A stretch of DNA of 64,000 nucleotides from a virus (lineage: Duplodnaviria > Heunggongvirae > Uroviricota > Caudoviricetes), in IMG/VR virus record IMGVR_UViG_3300045051_000909, positions 130,267 through 194,266 of that record; one strand, 5' to 3'. Below are positions 18,793 to 27,929 of the stretch, in pieces; position 1 is the stretch's first letter, and every line of letters starts with the position of its first letter. The notes beneath the pieces are model-generated. The model worked only from the letters and a program-made list of their open reading frames with translations, searched no databases and had not been told where the DNA came from. A program made the translations under genes and the position numbers.

Positions 18793-19042
18793 GTTTGCGC
18801 TTTCCTTCGTGTCGGTTGACCTCGTCAGGGGTCGCTCGGCGGAAAGTACTGACATGCGAACGTGCGATTACGGGATCATCTGAACCCTGAGCTTCCCCTT
18901 GGATGCTCAGACTCTCGTCATCGAACGAGAGCAACCGACCCACTATAGCACGGCCGCTCTGGAGGTACACAGTCACGACCTCGCCCAAAAGGTTCTCAAG
19001 TTTTTGGATCGCGAGGTTTTTTCGCTTCCGCTTAGGCGCCAT
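18776..19042 (-). CDS. Hfq/LSm-like RNA-binding protein
   Basis: VTVYLQSGRAIVGRLLSFDDESLSI...VIARSHVSTF aligns by eye to the Hfq Sm1/Sm2 pattern (VSIYLVNGIKLQGQIESFD...VYKHAIST). Confidence 0.72.
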   Translation of the reverse strand: MAPKRKRKNLAIQKLENLLGEVVTVYLQSGRAIVGRLLSFDDESLSIQGEAQGSDDPVIARSHVSTFRRATPDEVNRHEGKRKHGRPS

Positions 19043-19562
19043 TCGAATCGGCCGCAGAGGAGGCAGCCGGCGGCGGCACTTCCTTGAGCGCCACCTTCTC
19101 GCCAGTGCTCACCGCGACCTCCTCCTGCTCGGTAGCCGGCATGGTGACCTTGGTGGCGATGACCGAGGCTTTCGGAATGAGACCGTACGCGCCCGTTTCC
19201 GCGCGTGCGACGAACTCCCCGTAGGCCTTCTTGAGCCACGCGCCGTACTCGTAGTACTGCCCCCGAACCGCCGCGTCTGGAAGCTTGTAGCGCTTCGGCT
19301 CAGGCATGAACGGAGACAGCACCGCTTGGATGTCGAACTGGTCTCCTGCTGGCTGTTGCTGGTTGTCGAGTACCGGTGTCGACCGGAAACTCAGTTGTGC
19401 GGGCCACTCCAGGTAGGTGCTGCGTCCGTCTTCGGCAACGACCCGTCCCACGAGCTTGAGCCCGCTGACGTCGAAGATGGGCAGCCCCTCCTCACCCGGC
19501 CTCGTCAAGAGAGGCGAGCTCGGTTCGGACTTCTTCTTCGGAGTACGCTTGGTCTGCTTCAC
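19032..19562 (-). CDS. Hypothetical protein, possible Sm-like fold
   Basis: GLKLVGRVVAEDGRSTYLEWP...LSPFMP...Y...GLIP resembles phage Sm-like proteins; weak. Confidence 0.5.
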   Translation of the reverse strand: MKQTKRTPKKKSEPSSPLLTRPGEEGLPIFDVSGLKLVGRVVAEDGRSTYLEWPAQLSFRSTPVLDNQQQPAGDQFDIQAVLSPFMPEPKRYKLPDAAVRGQYYEYGAWLKKAYGEFVARAETGAYGLIPKASVIATKVTMPATEQEEVAVSTGEKVALKEVPPPAASSAADSNGA

Positions 19563-22491
19563 TGATGATCTCCTTTTGTTTGAGGCCCTTCATGTAGACG
19601 TCATACGGCATCAGCTCGCCGTAGTTGTCTCCCACCTCGTAGTCCCACTTGAATGCCACGGGCAACCAGGGGCAAGTTTCCGCAGCCCGTTTCTCGAGGT
19701 GGTACTTCACGAAGTCGGGCAGCTGTGACAAGTACTTCTTCGGGAGTTGGAACCCCAGGCTGTCATGGACAGTGAGCAACATACGACCGTGCAGGTCTCG
19801 TTCGAGTACCGGAATCGACTCGACAAGGCGGCTCAGCACGATATCCGAACTGGTGCACTGAATCTTGAAGTTGATCGCCTGCCGTTCGGCACGACTGCGC
19901 AGGTAGCCGGTAGCGCCTTTGACATTGAAACGGCGACGCCTGCCAAAATAGGTCTCAACGAAACCGAGCTGATGGAGCTCCCATCGCGTCTGATCCATAT
20001 ACCGAGGGATGGACGGGAAGAGAGCGAACAGCAGATCAATCAGCGTTCTTGCCTGCTCGAAACTGATACCAATAGTCTCTGCAATTTTCTTGGGCCCGGC
20101 GCCGTAGAGGATGCCGAATACGACGCGCTTAACTGCCGTCCGGAATTTGGACAGCATCTTGCCGTACTTCTTGTTCGTCACTTCGATGGTATCGCGTGCG
20201 GCAAAATCCGCGTAGGTAAGCGGATAGCTGTTGTCGAGGCCCATGGACTCGAGCTTCTGTGCGGCGTCCGGCTCCAGTCGGACAAGCTCGACGATCTTGG
20301 AGCCGATGAAGCAGTGCGTGTCCTGACCCTCGTTCAGCGACTGGATGAGGGCGGGGTCTCGGCTATAGGCCGTGAAGATGCGGACTTCGGCCCCCTTGGC
20401 GTCAGCGTTGATGAAGGCATAACTGGTGTCATCTGGGATGAAGATGGCCTTGATTAGCTCTCCCGCCAATTCCTTCGGGATGTTCTGCATGTTTTCGTCA
20501 TTGGACGATAGGCGGTAAGTGGCCGTGCCGTGCTGGTTGTAGTTGGTGTGCAGATATCCATCTAGTTCCGACAGATCCCACACATTCTGGCAGAAGGTGT
20601 TCTTAGCCTTGAATGCTTTGGAGTAGATCAGTTTCTTCGCGCTGAAGGGACACTCGTACTTGGCAACCAAGAACTTGAGCACCTTCTCAGTCGTCTGCAT
20701 TTGCCCCTTGTTCGTGAAGCTGACGGGCGGGTAGTACTTGCGCTCCTTCGTCTCAGGGTGAATGAAGCCTTCCGAGAAGAGGATGTTGGCGATGGACGCA
20801 GCATGGTTTAGCTTCAGTGTGTCGGGGCTCTTCTCAGCCATTGCGTACAACGCGTTTTCAGCGTCGGCGATGACCTTTCCCAGCTTTGACTGGAGCGTTG
20901 CCAAGCGCTCCCGGTCCACTCGGATGCCGTAGTACTCCATCTTCGATAGTTCTTTGGCGAGCGGGATGGAGTTGTTGAGCATCAGTTGCTTGAGCGGATT
21001 TGGTGTCGTACAGAGGTTTGGAACGGGGAAGCGTCGTCGGCTATCTCGACGTAGGAGATTGCGCTTCTCTGCGATCTCCTTATCTTCCTGTGCGACGCGC
21101 TGTGCTTGGCGGATGGCGATACGCCGCGTCATGTCGGTATCGATGGCGGCATAGCGCAACAGCATCGGCAGTGGGATCTTTTCGAAGCCACCGTCTTGCT
21201 GCTGCTTCTGCTTCTTCGTCAGCTTCTTTTGGACCGGCTGTCCCAAAGTATCCGCATCCGTTTGCTGCTCCTGCTTTCGCTTCTTTCGGATGTTATCGAG
21301 TTGGGAGTCGCCCTCTTCCTTGGTGAGGAGTTCATGTAGCGTATCGGCATACCCCGCGAACTCTGGGTATTCCGTACGGGTGATCTCTTTCAGCCCGTAG
21401 AGGCCTTTCTTGTCCTCTTCACGCAGATGCTCTCCGAGCATCGAGTCCCAGCGCCAATTGTTGAGAGTCCAACCCTTCTTCCGGTAGACCTTGAGGTCGA
21501 ACTTCCCATGGTGCAGGATCTTGGGCTTGGCAGACTCGAGTACTTGCCGGACGTACGGCACAGCGAGCTCAGGGTCGTAGGGAGTCTCGGGATGCCACAG
21601 GGGAATCGCTGCGGCTTTTCCCTTGCCCCACGCGAAGGAGACGCAGAGCAGTTTGAGCGTATCCCGATGCGGAAATTTGGTGTTCGTCTCGGTGTCGTTG
21701 GAGATGGCCCAGGCTTCCGGGGGAACGCCATCCTCCGAATAAGCAAGGATCTCCTCGCAGGTCTTGCGAACGTCCTCGACAGTAAGGGGAATACGGTATT
21801 CCTTGGTCAGTTCCTCGATAGGGATCTGATTGGGGAGTACCCCGCTATCGGCTATCTCGAATGCGCGCTTCAGGTCGGTGTAGAAGGCGTTGTAGAAACC
21901 CGCCATCGCTATCAACTGTTTGGTCGAGATTGTTACCACCACGTTGTAGTACTTGCCGTTGAAGAGGACGCCGGGAATTACGCGGCTCTGTACTTCCTTC
22001 AACGACTTGGCCTTGATGCCCAAGGCCTTGACGGCAGACATGCCCATCGCGAGGATGGTGGGCGTCTTCTCCCCATCGCAAGCGCGCGACAGGCTGGCCT
22101 GTAGAAAGCCATTGCAACGGTCGAGTGTCGCCTTGTTGGGGTCGGCCCCGGTGCAGAGCACCGCGTAGGTCTTCTCGACCCGCAGCCCTTGGAACGACGC
22201 GTGTTCACTACGCAACGCCCCTACAGCACGACTGACGAGTTTCCCGGCGTCGTCTTCGAAGGGGCGGTGAATGTCAGTAGCGTTGACGATGCGCGGGACT
22301 ACTTGCGCTTCGGCGAGGATGACTACATCAGCGGGCTGTGTGACACGAGCATCGATGAAGTGAAAGGGTTCCTTCTGTGAACCATGCTCGCGCGGACAGC
22401 CCTGGCACCAGGTAGCTTGAAGTGCCTTCTTCGGGCAAACAGCGCACGACCAGTTGGGGATGGTCGGCGGCACATTAGGTGAAGTCCCCAT
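19492..22491 (-). CDS. polA: Family A DNA polymerase with N-terminal UDG family 4-like domain and 3'-5' exonuclease
   Basis: Exonuclease motifs NDTET, HHGKFD, YAAIDTD; polymerase motifs ADAKGAEVR, RTAVKRVVFGILYG, TVHDS. N-terminal VVILAEAQ...PFEDDAGK...ILAMG..AVKAL with Cys ligands. Confidence 0.9.
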   Translation of the reverse strand: MGTSPNVPPTIPNWSCAVCPKKALQATWCQGCPREHGSQKEPFHFIDARVTQPADVVILAEAQVVPRIVNATDIHRPFEDDAGKLVSRAVGALRSEHASFQGLRVEKTYAVLCTGADPNKATLDRCNGFLQASLSRACDGEKTPTILAMGMSAVKALGIKAKSLKEVQSRVIPGVLFNGKYYNVVVTISTKQLIAMAGFYNAFYTDLKRAFEIADSGVLPNQIPIEELTKEYRIPLTVEDVRKTCEEILAYSEDGVPPEAWAISNDTETNTKFPHRDTLKLLCVSFAWGKGKAAAIPLWHPETPYDPELAVPYVRQVLESAKPKILHHGKFDLKVYRKKGWTLNNWRWDSMLGEHLREEDKKGLYGLKEITRTEYPEFAGYADTLHELLTKEEGDSQLDNIRKKRKQEQQTDADTLGQPVQKKLTKKQKQQQDGGFEKIPLPMLLRYAAIDTDMTRRIAIRQAQRVAQEDKEIAEKRNLLRRDSRRRFPVPNLCTTPNPLKQLMLNNSIPLAKELSKMEYYGIRVDRERLATLQSKLGKVIADAENALYAMAEKSPDTLKLNHAASIANILFSEGFIHPETKERKYYPPVSFTNKGQMQTTEKVLKFLVAKYECPFSAKKLIYSKAFKAKNTFCQNVWDLSELDGYLHTNYNQHGTATYRLSSNDENMQNIPKELAGELIKAIFIPDDTSYAFINADAKGAEVRIFTAYSRDPALIQSLNEGQDTHCFIGSKIVELVRLEPDAAQKLESMGLDNSYPLTYADFAARDTIEVTNKKYGKMLSKFRTAVKRVVFGILYGAGPKKIAETIGISFEQARTLIDLLFALFPSIPRYMDQTRWELHQLGFVETYFGRRRRFNVKGATGYLRSRAERQAINFKIQCTSSDIVLSRLVESIPVLERDLHGRMLLTVHDSLGFQLPKKYLSQLPDFVKYHLEKRAAETCPWLPVAFKWDYEVGDNYGELMPYDVYMKGLKQKEIISEADQAYSEEEVRTELASLDEAG

Positions 22492-25400
22492 TGTCTGTGA
22501 CCTTCTTTTCGGGTTCCGGCGCTGCGTGTACGCCCTGCTTCTTGACCACAGCAGGAGCGCTCTCCGCTTGTACCACAGCCTGCGGGCCCATCATGGCGAT
22601 GAGCGGGGCTAGGTTGTAGCCGGTTAGATATATCGGGTTGACGGCCCCAAGCCCAGAGGCGCGTAGCCGGGCAAGCGCAGGGCTCTTCACGAGCACCTCG
22701 GGCTTCACGGCGTAGGGGTCGCGGTTAGCCAACTCCCGCATGTTGGCCATATTCGTTTCCTTAGCGTAGCGGGTGTTGGATAGGATCGTCTGCACAGCCG
22801 CAGGCCAGCTGACTACCAGGACCTTATCCTGTTCGTCCCAGAACAGCCCCATGCCGCACTTGGTAATTTCCGCGCGGGTTTCCGGCGTAGCAAGAAGCTG
22901 TAGCAGGTTGGCGCGATCCTTGTTTCCGCCATCATCACGATGGATGAGCATCGGGCTCTGCGATAGCCAGTCGAAGAGCTCCCGGGAGTCAGTGCGCGTG
23001 GAGACGAGTCCGAAGGTCTCCTCGTTGGCATCGCAGAAGTCTTGTACGAACTTCTTGTAGTCCTTCCCCAGCATCTTCATGATCGTCATGGCGGGGAAGA
23101 GCGTTTCGAATGCGCGCGTTTCGATCTTGGCTGGCCGCGTACCGGGCTTGGAGTACTCCAGCTCGAGCTCGTCGAAAGTCTGGATGAGCTTTGCGGCATG
23201 AGGCAGCAGAGCCATAGATAGCTGGCGCTTCAGCGTCTCCAGGCCCTCTGTACCGAACTCGTTCACCAAGATGAGCTGCGGATCCAGGTGCCCGGCCTTC
23301 TTTTCCATGAAGACCGGGAGCATACGGTTAGCATCCTGGACCTTACGTGCCTTGTTGATCGATGCGATGAAGATGAAGAAGTTGAGGTTGTACACCACGG
23401 ACTCGTTCTGACGGGAGCCCATCGTGTAGTCATTTTCCTCGCCGGTGAGGCCGCGGAACATATCAAGGATCTCGGAGACGCTACGAGCCTTCTTGTCCCC
23501 GCTGCCATCATCCTCGAACTCGTCAAGACAGAGAGGCCGCGTCTTGTTGTTCATCAGTTGCTTGACGCCGGCGGGCGAGTAGCTCATCAGGCCCATCGCG
23601 GATGCGATGAGGTGGATACGCGGGTGCTGCTTTCCGCCGATGAGACCCATGACCATACGGGACTTACCGGACGAAGTATCGGCATGGAAACCAACCACGA
23701 CTTGGCGACGGAAGACGCTGTTGATGGTGGTGGCCATCAAGTGCGCCGTCAGGAAGTCTACCGTGAGTGCGTGATTTTTGTAGTACCAGCCAATGTCCAG
23801 CGCGCGATGCAGCTTGTTCCAGATGTCCTGTAGGTCGAACGAGGCCGCAGCATCGAGATCCGCAGTTGTTACGATCCAGGGAGCCCACGCCTTCTCATTA
23901 CGGCGCCCGGTAGTGATGTCGAAGATGATCCCGTTGTGGGCAGGGCCATCCAACTTCTTCCACTTCAGTGCGCCGTGATCGTCGAAAGACCCCCAGAAGA
24001 TATCCTTCCCGTTTACGACGTAAAGCGTGGGTGGGGATCCGTCAGTGCTGCGCATAACGTGGATACCCTGACCCTTGTGATCAGCCGTGCTGTAATCGGG
24101 AGCGTTCTGAGCCATGTGGAATAGTGCCTGTCGTATGTACCAGTTGTACTCTTTGGTCTTCTTCTGAAGGTGCCCACCCTGCGCTTTTTGCGTTGCGGAA
24201 GCTTCGAGGAAGGGCGGGATTCCGATGTGTTCTTGGAACAGCTGGTAGCTAGGCCCCAGCATGGTGTTGAGCTCTCGTTCGGCGCTGGCATCGTCCGCGA
24301 GCGAGATGTGGATTACGGTCTGCTTTTCCTTGAACCACAGGTACAGCTTGCGGTCATTGTCATAGGCGCGCTGACCCAGGACGTGGAATAGCTGACTCAG
24401 CACGTCTGCGACGCGCAAGATGAACGCGGGTTCGTCCTCTTCTTTGGCTACGATCTCGCGCTTGAGGATGGCCGACGGAATGCCGCAGCTTTTATTGCAA
24501 TCCTGGATGAACAGGTCGCAGTCGATTGTGTTCTTGAGCAGCTGACCCCACCCGCTCGCGATTTCGATGCGGTGGCGCAGGTCCTCTTCGGGAACGGCTT
24601 CGATTTCCGGTTGCGCCTGACCAAAGACCCAGTCCGGCGGGGCTTGGAAGAAGTTCTGGTTCTTGGTGTCGAGCAGCGCGTTCTGCACAGCCGTGAGCCC
24701 GTGCGTCACAACGGCCTCGTCAGGATCCCCAGAACCCCGGAATTGATCCCAACCGGTGAAGACCTTCGTGCGCATGTTTTTGATGGTGGGAAGCCACTGC
24801 TTGATGAGCGCCTCGCCGTGCTTGGGCCCCGGTGCGTCTGCGAATAGGCAGCACTCCTCGAATCCGAAGTGATGCAGGTCGTCGATGTGTTGTGCTCCCA
24901 AGGAGCCGCCAGCGCTCACTACGAGGAAAGTAGGCCCTCCTGCTTGAACTTGCCGAGCCATGACGGAGAGGGCATCGAACTCGCCTTCAACGACGTACGG
25001 CCAGCTGTACTTCTGCTGGGCGCCGAAGAAAGGCTTGTAGAGCTCCCAGCCGAGTCCGTAGAACCCCGGGTCCTCTTCAAAGGCGTCATCCAGCATAATG
25101 ACCGAACTGGAGCTTGCCCCGGCGCGCCGCAGTTTGAACCGACCGATGGTGGTGGGTGAGGTGTCGAGGCGGAAGACCACCGCACCCATCCAACCGGCCG
25201 CGTTGGTCAGGTACTTCTGTGCTTCCTGTTCGAGGGAGTCAAAGGGGATAGGCTTTTCTCCCTTTAGTGCGGACTCTGAACGACGCCGCTCGTTCTCCTC
25301 CTCAGCCTCTGTGTGCAGTGCCTCCACGATTTCTGCGGTGGGCGGGAGAACACCGATCATCGGGAGCGTCGGCAGTGCGTCTACCGGCAGTTGTCGTGTC

Positions 25401-25900
25401 TGGAGGAGGTAGCGTACGGCTGGCTGCGCATACGCATATTGCGGATCGTTCGGCTTCGCAATGGCGTTCAGCAGCGCGTTATGGCAAAGGTCGGAAATAC
25501 GCCGCTTGAGCAGTTGATTACGGTCCCACTCCCGCAGCTGGGCGTTCGCGGATGCTGCGAGCCCACGCATCCCGAAGAGTTGACGAAACTCCTCGAGCGC
25601 CTCGGTCATCGTGATGCCGCAGATGTGCCCCCATACCTCGAGCGGATTCCAGACGAACTTGTCGCAGCCAAAACATTTGGCGTACCCCCTGTCCAGGTAC
25701 ATCCTGAACGAGGGGGTGGACTCGTTGTGGTAGGGGCAGCAACCGACTACTTGGTGGCCTGATGCGGACCACTTATTCTGCGGCTGGATGGCACGCAAAC
25801 GTTCGACGAGGAGAGGGGCCTTGAGCTCCTCCCAGATCTTTCGAAGCTGCGCCTCGGAGAGTCTCGCCGGGCCTTTACTTCCCGTTTTCTTGCTTGCCAC
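22475..25900 (-). CDS. DnaG-type primase (CHC2 + Toprim) fused to P-loop helicase-like domain
   Basis: CCPYHNESTPSF..KCFGC, VVEGEFDALS, DPDE, C-terminal HADTSSGKS and LCLDEFE. GTG start at 25900 with GAGG RBS. Confidence 0.82.
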   Translation of the reverse strand: MASKKTGSKGPARLSEAQLRKIWEELKAPLLVERLRAIQPQNKWSASGHQVVGCCPYHNESTPSFRMYLDRGYAKCFGCDKFVWNPLEVWGHICGITMTEALEEFRQLFGMRGLAASANAQLREWDRNQLLKRRISDLCHNALLNAIAKPNDPQYAYAQPAVRYLLQTRQLPVDALPTLPMIGVLPPTAEIVEALHTEAEEENERRRSESALKGEKPIPFDSLEQEAQKYLTNAAGWMGAVVFRLDTSPTTIGRFKLRRAGASSSSVIMLDDAFEEDPGFYGLGWELYKPFFGAQQKYSWPYVVEGEFDALSVMARQVQAGGPTFLVVSAGGSLGAQHIDDLHHFGFEECCLFADAPGPKHGEALIKQWLPTIKNMRTKVFTGWDQFRGSGDPDEAVVTHGLTAVQNALLDTKNQNFFQAPPDWVFGQAQPEIEAVPEEDLRHRIEIASGWGQLLKNTIDCDLFIQDCNKSCGIPSAILKREIVAKEEDEPAFILRVADVLSQLFHVLGQRAYDNDRKLYLWFKEKQTVIHISLADDASAERELNTMLGPSYQLFQEHIGIPPFLEASATQKAQGGHLQKKTKEYNWYIRQALFHMAQNAPDYSTADHKGQGIHVMRSTDGSPPTLYVVNGKDIFWGSFDDHGALKWKKLDGPAHNGIIFDITTGRRNEKAWAPWIVTTADLDAAASFDLQDIWNKLHRALDIGWYYKNHALTVDFLTAHLMATTINSVFRRQVVVGFHADTSSGKSRMVMGLIGGKQHPRIHLIASAMGLMSYSPAGVKQLMNNKTRPLCLDEFEDDGSGDKKARSVSEILDMFRGLTGEENDYTMGSRQNESVVYNLNFFIFIASINKARKVQDANRMLPVFMEKKAGHLDPQLILVNEFGTEGLETLKRQLSMALLPHAAKLIQTFDELELEYSKPGTRPAKIETRAFETLFPAMTIMKMLGKDYKKFVQDFCDANEETFGLVSTRTDSRELFDWLSQSPMLIHRDDGGNKDRANLLQLLATPETRAEITKCGMGLFWDEQDKVLVVSWPAAVQTILSNTRYAKETNMANMRELANRDPYAVKPEVLVKSPALARLRASGLGAVNPIYLTGYNLAPLIAMMGPQAVVQAESAPAVVKKQGVHAAPEPEKKVTDNGDFT

Positions 25901-26699
25901 GGCTATCCTCACCCGCGAAAGGGCCAGAGCAGATGGTACGGTAGCCGCACCAGTCGCACTTCCACTTTTCTCGCTTGTTGGTGATGGTGGCCGGCGGCTC
26001 GAGCAGCTTTTCACATGACTTCGTCAGGAATGTGACCAGCCACTCCAGATAGGAGCTCTGGATGTCCTTCGCCCAGATGAACTTGTTCCACCGCAGGACA
26101 TCCGGCATGACAAAATTGATGGCGGTCTGTACGCCGCGCAGATTCGGGATCTGCGCGATGGACATGAGGCAGTAGCCTCGAAACTGTGGGTCGTAGTAGG
26201 AGAGATCTTTCTCCTTACCCGACTTATGATCAAAGATCACAAGGTCGTTGTTGTTCGTCAAAATACCGTGGTCAACAACACCGCGGAAGAACACATCCTT
26301 AGCGAAGAACTCGCACTTCGTTCCGTCAGCCTTGATGCCCCAACGGCGCTCAAAAAGCTCTTCCTTGCAGCCGTGCTGCTTCTTGAACTCCGTCGTGAAC
26401 TTTACATAGCGCGCAACTTGATCCCAGCGCGCGTAAAGCTGCTCACTTTCGTTCTGGGTTAGCTCACCCTCGTCGGCAGCAATCATGAAGGCTTGCTTGA
26501 GAGGCGTGCCTTGTAGCGCTAGCTCGAGAGCCTTGTGGACCGCAGTACCGACGCGACTCTGCTCGAATACGGTGATCTCTTTCTGCTTGTTGGGGCCGTA
26601 TTTGTAGGCGAACTGCTGTGAGCACTTTTCGGCGGTCTGCGCCTTGCTTATCGACCACGGCCCATTCTTGAGGATGTGTTCCGGGATTAGTAGAGACAT
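25875..26699 (-). CDS. PD-(D/E)XK nuclease (RecB/Cas4-like, Fe-S Cys)
   Basis: WSISK...C, GTAVHKALE, RGVVD, DHKSG, QFRGY, CDWCGYRTIC. Confidence 0.8.
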   Translation of the reverse strand: MSLLIPEHILKNGPWSISKAQTAEKCSQQFAYKYGPNKQKEITVFEQSRVGTAVHKALELALQGTPLKQAFMIAADEGELTQNESEQLYARWDQVARYVKFTTEFKKQHGCKEELFERRWGIKADGTKCEFFAKDVFFRGVVDHGILTNNNDLVIFDHKSGKEKDLSYYDPQFRGYCLMSIAQIPNLRGVQTAINFVMPDVLRWNKFIWAKDIQSSYLEWLVTFLTKSCEKLLEPPATITNKREKWKCDWCGYRTICSGPFAGEDSRGKQENGK

Positions 26700-26774
26700 G
26701 GTGCGACCCCGCTGAAAGGAGGGGTCCACCCATCATAGGATGGACCCCTCGGTTCGCGCTACAGACCTACCCGG

Positions 26775-27839
26775 CTAGACGTTGCCGCTGCTGCCGCCAG
26801 AGTAGTCGGGGTTCGCTCCCCCCAGACCGAGCATGGACTCGTCGGCGGTGTTCGCCGGCGTGCCCTCAGCCACGCCCGCCTCAGTGCTGCTCTTGGCGCG
26901 GTCGTAGGTGTTCGCCAGGCCCGGGAAGTAGACATCGCAGTCCAGGACCTTGGACAGACCCACGAACAGGTCATGCAGCCCCTTGTTCGTGGCGGTCTCG
27001 CCTTCGGTGACCGGGGTCGCCTTCTGGACGAACCAGCGGCGCCCCTCCTCCTTGCGCTCCTCGGTGGAGAAGGTGATCCAGCGGTCCCAGATGTTCTCGG
27101 ACTTGGTGATCACCTTGATCAGCGCATTGCCGGCGCCCTCGGAGGTCTTCGAGAAGTGCAGCTCGTAGATCCCCGTCATCCCCTTGTCGAGGAGGTAGAC
27201 GCACACGTCGCGCGTGCAGCCGCCCTGGTTGTACTGCATGTTCGCCTTCGGGCAGGTCCCGCACTCGCCATACCGGGAGCCCTTCACCCGATCCATCGAG
27301 ACGCACAGCGGCACCTTGCTGCTGCCCTCGCCCTTCTGCCCCTGCGGCGGCCAGAGGATGCGGCCCTCGTAGAAGCCCAGCACGGCCCCGACGAAGTTCT
27401 TGCCGAGGGCGCGGCTGTCCGAGGTGTAGAAGTGCCCCGGCGGCAGATCGGCCGGGCGGAGCGGGTCGTCGCCGGTGCCCTGGAACAGGCGCACGATGGT
27501 GGGCGCGAAGCCGGTGCGCTCGGTGTGGGCGCCCTGCTTCTTGGGGTTCAGCTTGCGGATGAGCTCCATCATCCGCTCCTGGTCGGTCGCCGGGAGCTTC
27601 TGGACGATGCCGGCCAGCGCGCTCGGGCTCGGGCGCACCATGAGGACGACGTCGTCCTTGTAGCGCGCGGGCAGCCGCTCCGCGAGCGCCAGCATCGGGT
27701 TCGCGGGCGCGGCGAGCGCCATGTTCGGGGTGGACTGTTCGGCGACGACGGGCTTCTGCGCCACGGCCTCGACCGGCGCGGTTTCCTGCGCGGCCGGGGC
27801 TGCGGCGTTGCTGCTCTCCTGCTTCTTATCCTTGGCCAT
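26775..27839 (-). CDS. Putative ssDNA-binding/recombination protein
   Basis: Highly biased codons, AGGAG RBS, C-x-S-x-D...YGECGTC...GGC motif, acidic/flexible tail, located in the replication cluster. Confidence 0.45.
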   Translation of the reverse strand: MAKDKKQESSNAAAPAAQETAPVEAVAQKPVVAEQSTPNMALAAPANPMLALAERLPARYKDDVVLMVRPSPSALAGIVQKLPATDQERMMELIRKLNPKKQGAHTERTGFAPTIVRLFQGTGDDPLRPADLPPGHFYTSDSRALGKNFVGAVLGFYEGRILWPPQGQKGEGSSKVPLCVSMDRVKGSRYGECGTCPKANMQYNQGGCTRDVCVYLLDKGMTGIYELHFSKTSEGAGNALIKVITKSENIWDRWITFSTEERKEEGRRWFVQKATPVTEGETATNKGLHDLFVGLSKVLDCDVYFPGLANTYDRAKSSTEAGVAEGTPANTADESMLGLGGANPDYSGGSSGNV

Positions 27840-27893
27840 GTGAATGTTTCTCCTGATTGTGTTTAGCTCTCTAGAGCGACGGTAGGCTACCCT

Positions 27894-27922
27894 TTTACTG
27901 GGGCGGTTGGCAAGTATATACT
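27894..27922 (+). promoter_or_regulatory. Sigma70-like promoter TTTACT-17-TATACT, likely giving a leaderless sigma mRNA
   Basis: TTTACT at 27894, 17-nt spacer, TATACT at 27917, ATG 7 nt later at 27930. Confidence 0.5.
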
Positions 27923-27929
27923 GCAACCC

